From NCBI GenBank assembly GCA_001818775.1, contig MHKD01000042.1:41022-105021 (forward strand): a DNA stretch of 64,000 bases, given 5' to 3'. The stretch comes from Candidatus Kerfeldbacteria bacterium RIFCSPHIGHO2_12_FULL_48_17. Its GTDB lineage: Bacteria; Patescibacteriota; Patescibacteriia; HO2-48-17. The position numbers were made by a program, and so were the translations under genes. This document shows positions 34,644 to 44,656 of this stretch, piece after piece. The notes under the pieces are model-generated. The model had not been told where the DNA came from and searched no databases. It saw only the letters and a list, made by a program, of their open reading frames with translations. Within the stretch, counting starts at the first letter, position 1; each line of letters begins with the position of its first letter.

Positions 34644-35771
34644 TTATGAAAACAGGCCCTTAAAAAAACTCACAATAGCGCCGCCATAGCGGCCAATATC
34701 CCGGAAGGTAACGATGACAACCAACGTCAACAAAAGCGCAAAACCGATACGGTGGGCCAAGCCCTCAATTTTTTCGCTGTTCTGCTTGCGCCTGATACGC
34801 TCAATAGTCACAAAAAGGAGCCTACCGCCATCAAGAGCCGGAATGGGCAGAATATTGAAAATAGCCAGGTTTATGGAAAGAATGGCGGTAAACTGGAGCA
34901 CATAGCTGATTCCCAAACGGGCTGCCTGACCGGTCAGTGCTGCTATGCCAATGGGGCCGGCGAGCTCGGCTCCCACGCTGCCTGAAGTAAAAAGCGCACG
35001 AAGTAACCCGAACAGCGCCACAAAAATAGCCGCCAGAAAGCCGAAGGTGTTGAGGAACCCCAGCCAGATGGCACGGTACCATGGATACGAAACCAAACCC
35101 GTATCAAGCAAAGACAGGCCCAAGACCCCGCGGCCGTCATCGAAACGGGAAATGGGAATATCATACGCCAGATTTTGACCGGCTCTGTCAAAAACCAGGT
35201 GAACGGTCTGTCCGACGCGTGAAGCATTATATTCCTGAACAAACGCCGCCGAAGTGACAGCAGCGCCATCAAGGGTCACCACCTTATCACCCGGCTGAAT
35301 GTCGAAGCTGGCGGCGCCAAAACCTTCGTGCACAGCGCTCACCTGCACTGCCTGATTGCGCACCCGACTACCGGAAGTCGCAACCTGATCATCAATGATT
35401 GTCGGTGAACCAATCATGAAACCAATCGACAATAAAACAACCGCCAAAACCAAATTCATGATGACACCGGCCAATAAAATCAAAGCCTTCTGCCAGTATT
35501 TTTTCCGCGCAAAGCTGTTGGCATCTTTATACACCTCCGGATTTTCTTCCTCTCCCACCACGCCTTTTATCTTCACAAAACCACCAAGGGGTATCCAGTT
35601 GATGCTGTACAGAGTCCCCTTGTATTTTATACCGAATAGGCGCGGCGGAAAACCAAAACCGAATTCATCAACCTGCACGCCGGACTTCTTGGCCATAAGA
35701 AAATGACCGAGTTCATGAACAAAAACCAAAAGCCCAAGTATAACGACAAAAAGTATGACCGTGAATAACAT
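34644..35771 (-). CDS. rseP: RIP (site-2) metalloprotease RseP/M50 family with a PDZ domain
   Basis: HELGHFLMAKKSGV (HExxH in TM1), a central PDZ domain, and a C-terminal TM with the LDGG motif (PALDGGRLL). Confidence 0.85.
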   Translation of the reverse strand: MLFTVILFVVILGLLVFVHELGHFLMAKKSGVQVDEFGFGFPPRLFGIKYKGTLYSINWIPLGGFVKIKGVVGEEENPEVYKDANSFARKKYWQKALILLAGVIMNLVLAVVLLSIGFMIGSPTIIDDQVATSGSRVRNQAVQVSAVHEGFGAASFDIQPGDKVVTLDGAAVTSAAFVQEYNASRVGQTVHLVFDRAGQNLAYDIPISRFDDGRGVLGLSLLDTGLVSYPWYRAIWLGFLNTFGFLAAIFVALFGLLRALFTSGSVGAELAGPIGIAALTGQAARLGISYVLQFTAILSINLAIFNILPIPALDGGRLLFVTIERIRRKQNSEKIEGLAHRIGFALLLTLVVIVTFRDIGRYGGAIVSFFKGLFS

Positions 35772-35779
35772 AGAATGAA

Positions 35780-36328
35780 TTAAATGGAGAGAATTTCTTC
35801 TTCCTTCTTAGCGAATATTTGATGAATTTTCTCATTGTACTCGTCAACAACCTCCTGTAATTTTTTCTGCCGACCGTGAAAATCGTCCTCTGAGATAGCG
35901 CCGGATTTATGATCCTCTTTCCAACCCCTAATCACCGACTCACGGACCATACGAACGGCGACCTTGGCTTCTTCTGTTTTTTGATTGGCGATCTTTGTGA
36001 TTTCCTTGCGCCTTTCTTCGGTCATGGGCGGCAAATTCAAGCGGATCAGATTACCGGCGACCACCGGCTTTGCTCCGAGTTGAGCGAGCTCCAAAGCCTT
36101 TTCAACGGCCTGAATAACATTTTTATCCCAGGGTTGAATGGTCAGTGATTTACTGTCAGGCGTCGAGATATTTGCCAACTGATTCAGTGGGGTGTCAACG
36201 CCATACGCCAGAACGCTGACACGCTCAACCAGGGCAGGAGTGGCACGACCGGTGCGCAGCTGGGAAAGTTCATGCGTAAAATGATCAATGGCGGCATCAA
36301 ATTTTTTTACGACATCATGTGGAATCAT
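35780..36328 (-). CDS. frr: Ribosome recycling factor
   Basis: 182 aa. MIPHDVVKKFDAAIDHFTHELSQLRTGRATPALVERV matches RRF. Confidence 0.9.
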   Translation of the reverse strand: MIPHDVVKKFDAAIDHFTHELSQLRTGRATPALVERVSVLAYGVDTPLNQLANISTPDSKSLTIQPWDKNVIQAVEKALELAQLGAKPVVAGNLIRLNLPPMTEERRKEITKIANQKTEEAKVAVRMVRESVIRGWKEDHKSGAISEDDFHGRQKKLQEVVDEYNEKIHQIFAKKEEEILSI

Positions 36329-36339
36329 AAGATAATAAA

Positions 36340-37389
36340 TTATTTTGTAATTTTTTTCGTACCGGCATACAGGACAGACGTCTCAACCGGATGCACAAGA
36401 AGCTGGGTAATGGGGCGTGTCGAAGGAAAACCCTCGAGGGTCATCCAGCTGCGACCGCCATCTTCTGTCTTATGAATAAGATTACCGACGACAAAGTAAA
36501 CAGTGCGCGGGTTCAGCGGGTTGATGACCAGGGATTCAATATTCACCCTGTCTTTCAAAAGCGTTTCGATGGAGCCCCAGGAACCACCGGCATCGCGTGA
36601 TTCCAGTAAACCAAACCTGGAAGCGATAATAATATGAGCCGTATCGGTGGGGTCAATGACAAACGCGGTGATATTCCTGGCATCCGGAAATTCCTTAAAG
36701 ACCTCAACAAAAGGTTGCCACGTCACTCCCCCGTCTGTTGATTTTTCAAAGCCACTGCCGGGTACCAAAATATAAAGCGCGGAGCTGTTCGCCGGGTCGG
36801 AAACAATTCTGGTAATAGGCCGCTTCGGCTCCAGACTGTAGATAACCTGCCAATTGATGCCATTATCAATACTCTGTAAAATGTTACCGTCTGCCGTACT
36901 GATGAGTATACGACTCGGGGTGGTAAAGTCAATAAAAACATCGGTGATAGCCGCCCTGTTCGTGTTGACGTACACCGTCTCCCACGTCTTCCCCTGATCA
37001 ACAGATTTCGCAACCTCATTTTTACTCGAAGCAAACAAAATCTTCGTATTTTTCCGATTAATGTCCAGACGCGCAATATTACCACCCAAGGTGGTCTGCT
37101 TCCATACTTCACCGTCATTTTCACTGATGAACAAGCCGGCCTGAGCCGTGGCAGCATAAACAATCCGGGGTTCAAGAGGGTCGAACATGAGCTGGTTAAC
37201 AGTGAAATCCTTCATACTGCCACTCTGAACGATAAACTGCGCATTGCTGCGATCATGCCAGGTTTCGGCGCCATCAACACTCAGAAACACACCGCCGTCG
37301 ATCGGAACTTCAGCTTTGCCGCAACCGACAAAGAAAACCAGCGAAACCATAGCCAAGGCGAAGCGCCCGGGTAAATGAAAAAATTTCAT
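36340..37389 (-). CDS. Lipoprotein with BNR/Ycf48-like repeats (beta-propeller)
   Basis: Signal peptide plus lipobox (FFVGC). Six or more S.D.G.TW-type BNR motifs (SVDQGKTWE, SIDNGINWQ, STDGGVTWQ, SRDAGGSWG, TEDGGRSWM). Confidence 0.7.
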   Translation of the reverse strand: MKFFHLPGRFALAMVSLVFFVGCGKAEVPIDGGVFLSVDGAETWHDRSNAQFIVQSGSMKDFTVNQLMFDPLEPRIVYAATAQAGLFISENDGEVWKQTTLGGNIARLDINRKNTKILFASSKNEVAKSVDQGKTWETVYVNTNRAAITDVFIDFTTPSRILISTADGNILQSIDNGINWQVIYSLEPKRPITRIVSDPANSSALYILVPGSGFEKSTDGGVTWQPFVEVFKEFPDARNITAFVIDPTDTAHIIIASRFGLLESRDAGGSWGSIETLLKDRVNIESLVINPLNPRTVYFVVGNLIHKTEDGGRSWMTLEGFPSTRPITQLLVHPVETSVLYAGTKKITK

Positions 37390-38435
37390 AAAGATGCTAA
37401 TAGCGAATCAAATAAAAGTTTCGGTTGCATATTTTTTCGTAAAGACTCCTGAGCTTTCTGCAGCCTGTCAATGTGAAAGAGAAGCTCGACGGTTTCGTAC
37501 TTTTGCGCCACCGAACGCAAACGGCCGGAAAAAGACGGCGAATGCACATATTCCTCATGCCCCAATTGCAGGTAAATGACATCTCTTGCCACAGTAGTGC
37601 CATGAACGATCATGTTTTGTGCCCAATTCCGCAAGCTCTGACCGGCCAATGACCGCGGCCACGCAGAATCAAGTCTGCCAAAACGCTGGGCCAGGGATTC
37701 AGCTTCAAAAATTTCCAGCCACCAAACAACCACCTTGTGAAAATCCGCCCGCAAAGAAGGGTCAGCAACAAAAGCCAGCGCTTTCCCGGGTCTGCCAAAA
37801 CTCTCACGACTCAGGTTAAGGGCATCTTCTCTGTCCCCGAGGCGGTCAACGAGCCAGGGATACAAGGCACCCTGCCCGACAGGAAACATAGGAACAATAT
37901 GACAACGGGAAATGAGGGTCTTAGGGAGATGATGGAGAGTTTCCGCAATGAGGATGACGACGGCATTTTTCGGCGGCTCTTCCAACATTTTCAAGAGGGC
38001 GTTGCTGGCTTCAAGCGTCAGAAACTGAGCGCCGTCGATGACCCCAATTTTATACGGAGAGAAAAAAGTGGAAACAGTCTCATGTTTATGGAGTTCACGT
38101 ACCGTTTGTATGGAAATGGCAGAACGCGCACCGGCGTCGGCAGCCTGATCAAACCAATAAACATCAGAATGATGCGTCGACTTTTGCCAAGAAAGACAGG
38201 AAGGACAGACGCCACAGGCAACGGCTGAAAACGACCCGGGCGTTTGACCACGATCGTGGCGAGATTGGCATACCAGTGCCGCCACAAAAAAACGAACAAG
38301 AGGAGCTTTCCCAATATGTCCGGGGCCGTGGAAAATATAAGCATGTGATATTTTGCCAGAAATAAGACTTTTCTCCAAGTACTCCTGAACAAAATTATGT
38401 CCAACAACCGGCCAAACATGTTGCATATGGTTCAT
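37386..38435 (-). CDS. holB: DNA polymerase III delta' subunit (HolB)
   Basis: AAA+ clamp-loader fold. HAYIFHGPGHIGKAPLVRFF (degenerate P-loop typical of delta') and zinc module CGVCPSC. Confidence 0.75.
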   Translation of the reverse strand: MNHMQHVWPVVGHNFVQEYLEKSLISGKISHAYIFHGPGHIGKAPLVRFFVAALVCQSRHDRGQTPGSFSAVACGVCPSCLSWQKSTHHSDVYWFDQAADAGARSAISIQTVRELHKHETVSTFFSPYKIGVIDGAQFLTLEASNALLKMLEEPPKNAVVILIAETLHHLPKTLISRCHIVPMFPVGQGALYPWLVDRLGDREDALNLSRESFGRPGKALAFVADPSLRADFHKVVVWWLEIFEAESLAQRFGRLDSAWPRSLAGQSLRNWAQNMIVHGTTVARDVIYLQLGHEEYVHSPSFSGRLRSVAQKYETVELLFHIDRLQKAQESLRKNMQPKLLFDSLLASL

Positions 38436-39649
38436 GAAGATATAGTACCATATTTCATAAGCACATCCCAGGTCTGCCTGGCCGTTTCTTTCCAGGAAAA
38501 TCGCGCTAATTCGGCCTTCCCTGCTTCCCGTAATTGTGCCTGGAGTTCTTTTGAGCACAAAACTTTTTCCAAAGCCCGGGCCATATCGCCCGCATCAAGC
38601 GGGTTAAAATAATACGCTCCTTTTCCGGCTATTTCGGGTAGAGATGCGATGCGTGAAGCGAGTAAAGGAGTGCCGCAGGCAAAAGCCTCCAGCGCCGGAA
38701 TACCAAATCCTTCATACAATGATGGAAAAACATAGGCATCGGCAGCGCTCAAAATAACGGGTAAATCTTCCTGCGCCACGTAGCCGGTTTCCTGAACCGA
38801 ATTCTGTACGCGGAGACTTTGGATCTTCGCCTGAATAAGTTCGTACTGAAACCCCGGCATACCAGCCAAAACAAGTTTGTGAGGCAGACCCGATCGCTGT
38901 TTAAAAATCGCCCACGCTTCAATGAGCTTAGGGAGATTCTTCTTCTGTTCAAGCCGACCCACGAACAAGACATATGGCTGCTGCAAATGATACTGATCAA
39001 GAACACGCTTGATGCGATTCTGATCGCGGATGGGCTGAAAAAGCGACTGATCAAAACTGTTATAAATACGGGTGATTTTCTCAGGCGGAAAATGATAGCA
39101 ATCAATAATCTCCCTTCTGGAAAAATCAGAAACCGTCAGAATATGCTCAGCGCGTTTCAAAGCGAAGCGCGTGGCCCATTTGTGGTAATCGAGTTCATTA
39201 TTACTGAAACGACCAAAGGTAAAAATTTTAACCAGCCACTTCAGCAAAATTTTTGATAAAACTTTTTCATTGGCAATCGGGTGGAAATCATACAATTGCT
39301 CCATTCGTTCGAAACCAATGTCATGAAGCGTGACAACCGTATGCCGAGGATGAATAAGCGGCATGGTATGCGCCGGAACAAAAAGCACCTGAGGCTTGTG
39401 GAAAAGCATTTCCAAAGACAGGCGCAGCTGGGTCCACAAAAACTTCGGCGGCCAAGCCAGATACCTTGGGAAAAAATACTTCGGCAAATCCTTGGCGAGA
39501 TCTTCGCGCATGGGTTCCCTGGTATACAAAAAAACCTTATGTTCAGGTCCGATAACACGGGCCAGATGCTTAATCAAAAAAAAGGAATACCATTCTGTCC
39601 CGGTACGGTGTACTGAATTTGCCCGTGAAGCATCGATACCTATGAGCAT
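38432..39649 (-). CDS. Family-4 (GT-B) glycosyltransferase
   Basis: C-terminal EGFGIPALEAFACGTPLLAS (EX7E-type GT4 motif). Confidence 0.8.
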   Translation of the reverse strand: MLIGIDASRANSVHRTGTEWYSFFLIKHLARVIGPEHKVFLYTREPMREDLAKDLPKYFFPRYLAWPPKFLWTQLRLSLEMLFHKPQVLFVPAHTMPLIHPRHTVVTLHDIGFERMEQLYDFHPIANEKVLSKILLKWLVKIFTFGRFSNNELDYHKWATRFALKRAEHILTVSDFSRREIIDCYHFPPEKITRIYNSFDQSLFQPIRDQNRIKRVLDQYHLQQPYVLFVGRLEQKKNLPKLIEAWAIFKQRSGLPHKLVLAGMPGFQYELIQAKIQSLRVQNSVQETGYVAQEDLPVILSAADAYVFPSLYEGFGIPALEAFACGTPLLASRIASLPEIAGKGAYYFNPLDAGDMARALEKVLCSKELQAQLREAGKAELARFSWKETARQTWDVLMKYGTISS

Positions 39650-39667
39650 ATATTTGCAATAAAAGTG

Positions 39668-40693
39668 CTAACGCGCCGTTAAACGAGTGGCAACAATACT
39701 GCGCTTATACGACTCAAGATTCTCCAAAGCGATGCCGGTTCCTTTCACAACGCACAACATGGGGTCTTCCGCCACATAAGCAGGAACATCCGTGGCCCTG
39801 GACAAAAGCTGATCAAGATTGCGCAGCTGACCGGAACCGCCGGTAATAACCATCCCCTTATCCATAACATCAGCGGCCAATTCCGGTGGTGTTTCCTGCA
39901 ACACCGATTTCACCGCCTGAATAATCGCGTTAAGCTCATCCTGAATGGCGTCAGTGACGTCATGCGATGTGAGGGTTATCGTACGCGGCAGACCGGAAAC
40001 AACATCACGACCACGCACGTCCATTGCTCCCATTTCTTTCAGGGGCAAAGCAGAGCCTATTTCTATTTTAATATGTTCGGCGGTCCGCTCGCCGATGGAG
40101 AGTCCGTATTTCTTACGAATGTATTCACTGATGGCCACATCAAATTTATTCCCACCGACGCGCACCGAGGTACTGGCAACAATGCCGCCCAAAGAAATAA
40201 CGGCTATTTCACTGGTACCGCCGCCAATGTCAATGACCATGTGCCCCGAAGCCGATCCAATGGGAATATTGGCGCCAATCGCCGCGGCCATGGGCTCCTT
40301 AATAATATATGTCGCCTTCGCGCCCGCCTGAACAGCAGCGTCAATAACGGCCTTGCGTTCGGTGGAGGTAATCCCGGCCGGAACAGCCACCATAACCTCG
40401 GGTCTGACAATACGCACGCCACCGATAGCCTTGTTAATAAAATAACGGAGCATGCTCTCGGTGGTTTTATAATCGGCAATGACTCCATCTTTCAACGGCC
40501 TGGAAGCGACGATGGAATCGGGTGTGCGACCGAGCATTTCTTTCGCCTCGTTGCCAACGGCCAAAACTTTTTTATCAGTAATGGAAATCGCAACAACCGA
40601 AGGCTCATTAATAACAATACCGCGCTTGGGAATATACACCAGCGTGTTGGCGGTACCGAGATCGATACCAATTTTTTTGATCAGATTAAACAT
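39668..40693 (-). CDS. MreB/Mbl-family actin homologue, copy 2
   Basis: IGIDLGTANTLVYI...DIGGGTSEIAV. Second MreB paralogue, embedded among envelope-glycan genes. Confidence 0.85.
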   Translation of the reverse strand: MFNLIKKIGIDLGTANTLVYIPKRGIVINEPSVVAISITDKKVLAVGNEAKEMLGRTPDSIVASRPLKDGVIADYKTTESMLRYFINKAIGGVRIVRPEVMVAVPAGITSTERKAVIDAAVQAGAKATYIIKEPMAAAIGANIPIGSASGHMVIDIGGGTSEIAVISLGGIVASTSVRVGGNKFDVAISEYIRKKYGLSIGERTAEHIKIEIGSALPLKEMGAMDVRGRDVVSGLPRTITLTSHDVTDAIQDELNAIIQAVKSVLQETPPELAADVMDKGMVITGGSGQLRNLDQLLSRATDVPAYVAEDPMLCVVKGTGIALENLESYKRSIVATRLTAR

Positions 40694-40733
40694 AAGGAAG
40701 GTTAAAACGTGATACCGCCTCAGAACCGAGGCC

Positions 40734-42647
40734 TCAGCGCAGTTTTATGAAGAATTCACGATCAACGCTTAAATCAGTGGAAAATCTGATCTTATTATCA
40801 CCGTCATCCTGGCTAATGTCAAGGGGTTTCCACTCCAAAATTCGCTTACCTAAGTCAAAAACAACATTAAGGCCATGCTCAAGTGTTCCTGACTGTTTCT
40901 GGACCAATAAGGTATACCCATCACCCTCAATCTGTTCCTGCACACGCTCTGGCAGCGTATAGCGAAAGCTGAGAACTCCTTCCTGGCCCGGCTCAATCGA
41001 AATGAAGGCGCCAAAGCTGGTTTTACCGAGTTCATCAATAACTTCCACTTCTCCGGGCTTGGCGCCGTGAAGCTTGTCATTCTCCATGACGCCACCCGAA
41101 TCCAGGAGCTGACTCCCCTGCGGCACATACACACGTGTGTAGGTGCGATAGCGAGTGGTCTTCCAGTCAAATTTACCGTTATGTTTATAATGGATTTCCA
41201 CATTACTCACCAAACCCTGTTCCTTGTCATCGGAAAGCGTATAATTGACCGTTCGTTCCATTACCTGATCGGTTTTTAAACTGGCCAGATTCGCATCAAC
41301 CACCATGAGGAAATCACCATTGGTCTGTTTTAATTCTCCGGACCAGCCCTGGGCCTCAACCAGCGACTGAACGTGATCATCCTCAAGTGAAATCAGAATA
41401 TGCTTTTGATTGACATCATTCTGGAACGTCAACCATAAATCCTTCCAGCGCTCCTTTGGCAGGGCCATAACGTGATCCATGATGCTGTTCGCCAATTCAC
41501 CGATAATGGCTTTACGTTCGGCTTCGGAAAGGCCGCGTTTATAAAAATCAACTTCAACCTCGTACTGTAAAACATCAATGAGGTTTTCACTGGTGAATTC
41601 AACACCGGAAACGGTTATGGGTCCGGTGAGCTCCAGCAATGACTGAATAAACGTCGGGGTGACGGATATAACGCCATCGAGGCGTTCCTCCGGCCCGTCT
41701 TCGAGGTGATAAAGTTCAGTGGCCAACTGGGCAGCCTCATGAAAATCCGGACTCCAGTTGGAATCACGTAAAAACCATTCCGTGCCGCCGATATATTTTG
41801 AAATCTGCCACGGCGGAGCCTTGAAATTCTTCCCCTTTGATTTTTCATCAATATTATAAATATTATCGGTTTCAAAGAGAGCGATATCCCCGTTATAAAG
41901 CTTAAGCGTGCCGTAAGTACCGATAAAACCCCCGGTCGGACGAAGCTCGGTGTTGTTTTGCAGCAGAAAAAGATACGTTTTTTCATTGGGGTAACCAACG
42001 ATCGCTGGCAGAGCTTCCATGGCCGGCACTGCCTGGTCAATAACCGACTGAATAAGCGGCAATTTCTCTTTCACGGTGTCACTTGCCTTTTTTATGGAAG
42101 ACAGCAGGCCGTATTCGGGAATTTTCTCCATGGCCAAAACCGCCAAATCCAGATCTGCCTTGGCGCCCTGGAGTTCAGGCGGCGATTCGTGCATTTTTTT
42201 CAAAATCTGACGCTTTTGTTCCGGACTGATGGCATCAAGACTCACGTCGCTGTCCTCCTGAACCACCGCGAGAATTTCATCCCCGAACTTCACAAATTTC
42301 AGCAGAGAAGAACTCAACTGTGAACCGGCAACAAGAATATTCTCCGTGGCATTGACCTGCCTTGAGACAAGCGGAATGAGTTTCAGAACTTTCATCTTAT
42401 CAACACTGACCAGAGCAGCATCAAACTCCGCCTGGGCAGATGCCAGGGCCGCAACGGCATCATTGAGATTTTGCTGTTCAATAAGACCCTGAGCCCGAAC
42501 AATTTCATCCTGACCACGGAGCGCCGCCTGATACGCGGCCAGGGCGTTTTGATAATTGGCCAGCACCAGAACAAAAGAAAGAACAATAAATACTATCAAA
42601 AAAAGACCGGCTTTTTTCATGAAGGAAAGTTTTTTCTTTTTTTTCAT
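40734..42647 (-). CDS. Large N-terminally anchored extracytoplasmic protein (DUF4012-like?), hypothetical
   Basis: Start at MKKKKKLSFMKKAGLFLIVF (track start extended to 42752). One TM helix, then ~600 aa predicted extracytoplasmic. Name recalled from similar loci, not verified. Confidence 0.45.
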   Translation of the reverse strand: MKKKKKLSFMKKAGLFLIVFIVLSFVLVLANYQNALAAYQAALRGQDEIVRAQGLIEQQNLNDAVAALASAQAEFDAALVSVDKMKVLKLIPLVSRQVNATENILVAGSQLSSSLLKFVKFGDEILAVVQEDSDVSLDAISPEQKRQILKKMHESPPELQGAKADLDLAVLAMEKIPEYGLLSSIKKASDTVKEKLPLIQSVIDQAVPAMEALPAIVGYPNEKTYLFLLQNNTELRPTGGFIGTYGTLKLYNGDIALFETDNIYNIDEKSKGKNFKAPPWQISKYIGGTEWFLRDSNWSPDFHEAAQLATELYHLEDGPEERLDGVISVTPTFIQSLLELTGPITVSGVEFTSENLIDVLQYEVEVDFYKRGLSEAERKAIIGELANSIMDHVMALPKERWKDLWLTFQNDVNQKHILISLEDDHVQSLVEAQGWSGELKQTNGDFLMVVDANLASLKTDQVMERTVNYTLSDDKEQGLVSNVEIHYKHNGKFDWKTTRYRTYTRVYVPQGSQLLDSGGVMENDKLHGAKPGEVEVIDELGKTSFGAFISIEPGQEGVLSFRYTLPERVQEQIEGDGYTLLVQKQSGTLEHGLNVVFDLGKRILEWKPLDISQDDGDNKIRFSTDLSVDREFFIKLR

Positions 42648-42763
42648 AATAATTCTATGTTCTGACTGTTGTTTACGGCTTTTTTTTGAGCCTGACGGAT
42701 GTTTGCTGCCGGATATATCAGAGTCGGCGACATGATGAAGAAAATTGGTCATTATGTTTTATT

Positions 42764-43600
42764 TTATTTTGTACACGGTTGATACTTTGGTTGCCTCAAA
42801 CCGTATTTAAATATGAATTTAACCCAATCTTTAATGTGCAAACGGGTTGTATAACTGAAAATGATCTTCAGGCCACTGGTTGCGGCTGATTCGCGTTTAT
42901 GAAAATGGGTAATGTGTGTGAAAGGATAGTATACAACTTTTAGCCCATAATCCCAAGCGCGGAAGCAAAACTCAAGATCCGAAAAATACAAAAAGAAACG
43001 CTCGTCAAGCAAGCCAATCTGGTCAAAAATGGAACGTCTGATGTACATATTCGAACCCAAAACCCAATCAACTTCACGAACAGAGGCATGATCAAAATCC
43101 TTCATAAGATAACGATCTATATCCTTCTTCGCCCAGGGAAGTTTATAAAAAAATGTCCGACGATAAATCGGGGTCAGAAGTTTATAAAAACGAAAACAAG
43201 AATACTGAACAGTTTCATCGGTGTTATACAATTTCGGACCGACAATGCCAACGTCCTGATGTTCATCCATATAATGAAGAATCTTGATAATATCATCGGT
43301 ATCAGAATACAAGATATCGGGATTCATAATCAGGACATATTTCCCCTTGGCTTCACGGATGCCGACGTTATTTCCGGCGGTATAACCGGTATTGGTATTC
43401 ATCGCAATAAAACGCAGCGGTACTTTCAATTCGGCTTTTAAAAACTTTTCCTCCATCATCTCCACCGTGCCATCATGGGAAGCATTATCAAGGACAATCA
43501 ATTCATACTGAAACGGCAAATGCAAATCAAGAATACTCTGAATACCGTTCTTCAGCATTTCCCGATCTTTGTAATTGAGAATAATAATCGATAATTCCAT
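42764..43600 (-). CDS. Family-2 glycosyltransferase
   Basis: MELSIIILNYKDREMLKNGIQSIL...LDNASHDGTVEMM (GT-A, DxD). Confidence 0.85.
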   Translation of the reverse strand: MELSIIILNYKDREMLKNGIQSILDLHLPFQYELIVLDNASHDGTVEMMEEKFLKAELKVPLRFIAMNTNTGYTAGNNVGIREAKGKYVLIMNPDILYSDTDDIIKILHYMDEHQDVGIVGPKLYNTDETVQYSCFRFYKLLTPIYRRTFFYKLPWAKKDIDRYLMKDFDHASVREVDWVLGSNMYIRRSIFDQIGLLDERFFLYFSDLEFCFRAWDYGLKVVYYPFTHITHFHKRESAATSGLKIIFSYTTRLHIKDWVKFIFKYGLRQPKYQPCTK

Positions 43601-43602
43601 GA

Positions 43603-44652
43603 CTAGGCTTTAACAAACCAATGATGAACTTCCCCCGGGCGCAATGTGGAATGGGAGAATATGTATTTTCTTTTCATTTTCATCCGCGCCAACTGACGAA
43701 AGAAAAGAGGTATAGCAGCCAGTGTCCTCTGTTCAAACAGAAGAACGTAAACAAATTTTTTCAGCTCGTACCAAAAAATAAAAGGAAAATCGCGCCAAAA
43801 ATTCCGTGCTGAATCATTTTTCAGCAACACCAACCAGTGATTTTTGTAGGACTGAATGTTATCAATCTTTGATTTTCCCCGCCGGTTGGCCATGGTTCCC
43901 CGATCACTCAAATCCGTACTTCTGCTGACCCGACGATTATGATAGGCAATGGCAGAGGGTAAATACCACAGCGAATAACCGGCATGCCTCAATCGCCAGG
44001 ACATATCATAATCATCTTTATACGCCATGATATCTTCATCAAAATACTCGTGTTCAAATTTCACCGCCTCAAGCGCCGAGCGCCGGAAACACACCAAAGC
44101 GCCGGAAATCCCGAAAACTTCCTGCGGAACATTATACTGACCCGTATCAACCTCGCTCTCACCACGGTCAATGGCGCGCCGGTTGCGAAAAACCTGCACC
44201 CCCGTGGTATCTATCTTAAAAGATTTCACCAAAGTTTTCAACCGGACAAGATCAGAGCTGAACTCCATCTGTTCCCCGGGGAATTTAAGCAATTTTCCGC
44301 CAACAGCCGCAATTTTTTCGTCCTTAAAACCCTTCAAAATCTCCTCAATAAAATTGGGTTCCAAAACAATATCATGATTGCAAATAATGATATACTCCCC
44401 CTTCGCAGCATTGATCCCAATATTAAACCCTTTGGAAAACCAATAATTTTCCGGATTCTCGATCAGCCGTACATCGGGAAACTCTTTTTTCAGAACTGCG
44501 ACCGTATCATCAGGAGAAGCATTATCAATCATGATAAGCTCGATATTGGTATAGGTTTGTCCCCGGATGGAAGCAATGAGAGGACGTAAATACGGCACGC
44601 TCTTGTAGGTAAGAACCAATACAGAAACCAATGGACTGTGTGCGTGGGGCAT
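43603..44652 (-). CDS. Family-2 glycosyltransferase
   Basis: VSVLVLTYKSVPYLRPLIASIRGQTYTNIELIMIDNASPDDTV. Start at the Met of MPHAHSPL. Confidence 0.85.
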   Translation of the reverse strand: MPHAHSPLVSVLVLTYKSVPYLRPLIASIRGQTYTNIELIMIDNASPDDTVAVLKKEFPDVRLIENPENYWFSKGFNIGINAAKGEYIIICNHDIVLEPNFIEEILKGFKDEKIAAVGGKLLKFPGEQMEFSSDLVRLKTLVKSFKIDTTGVQVFRNRRAIDRGESEVDTGQYNVPQEVFGISGALVCFRRSALEAVKFEHEYFDEDIMAYKDDYDMSWRLRHAGYSLWYLPSAIAYHNRRVSRSTDLSDRGTMANRRGKSKIDNIQSYKNHWLVLLKNDSARNFWRDFPFIFWYELKKFVYVLLFEQRTLAAIPLFFRQLARMKMKRKYIFSHSTLRPGEVHHWFVKA

Positions 44653-44656
44653 AGTA

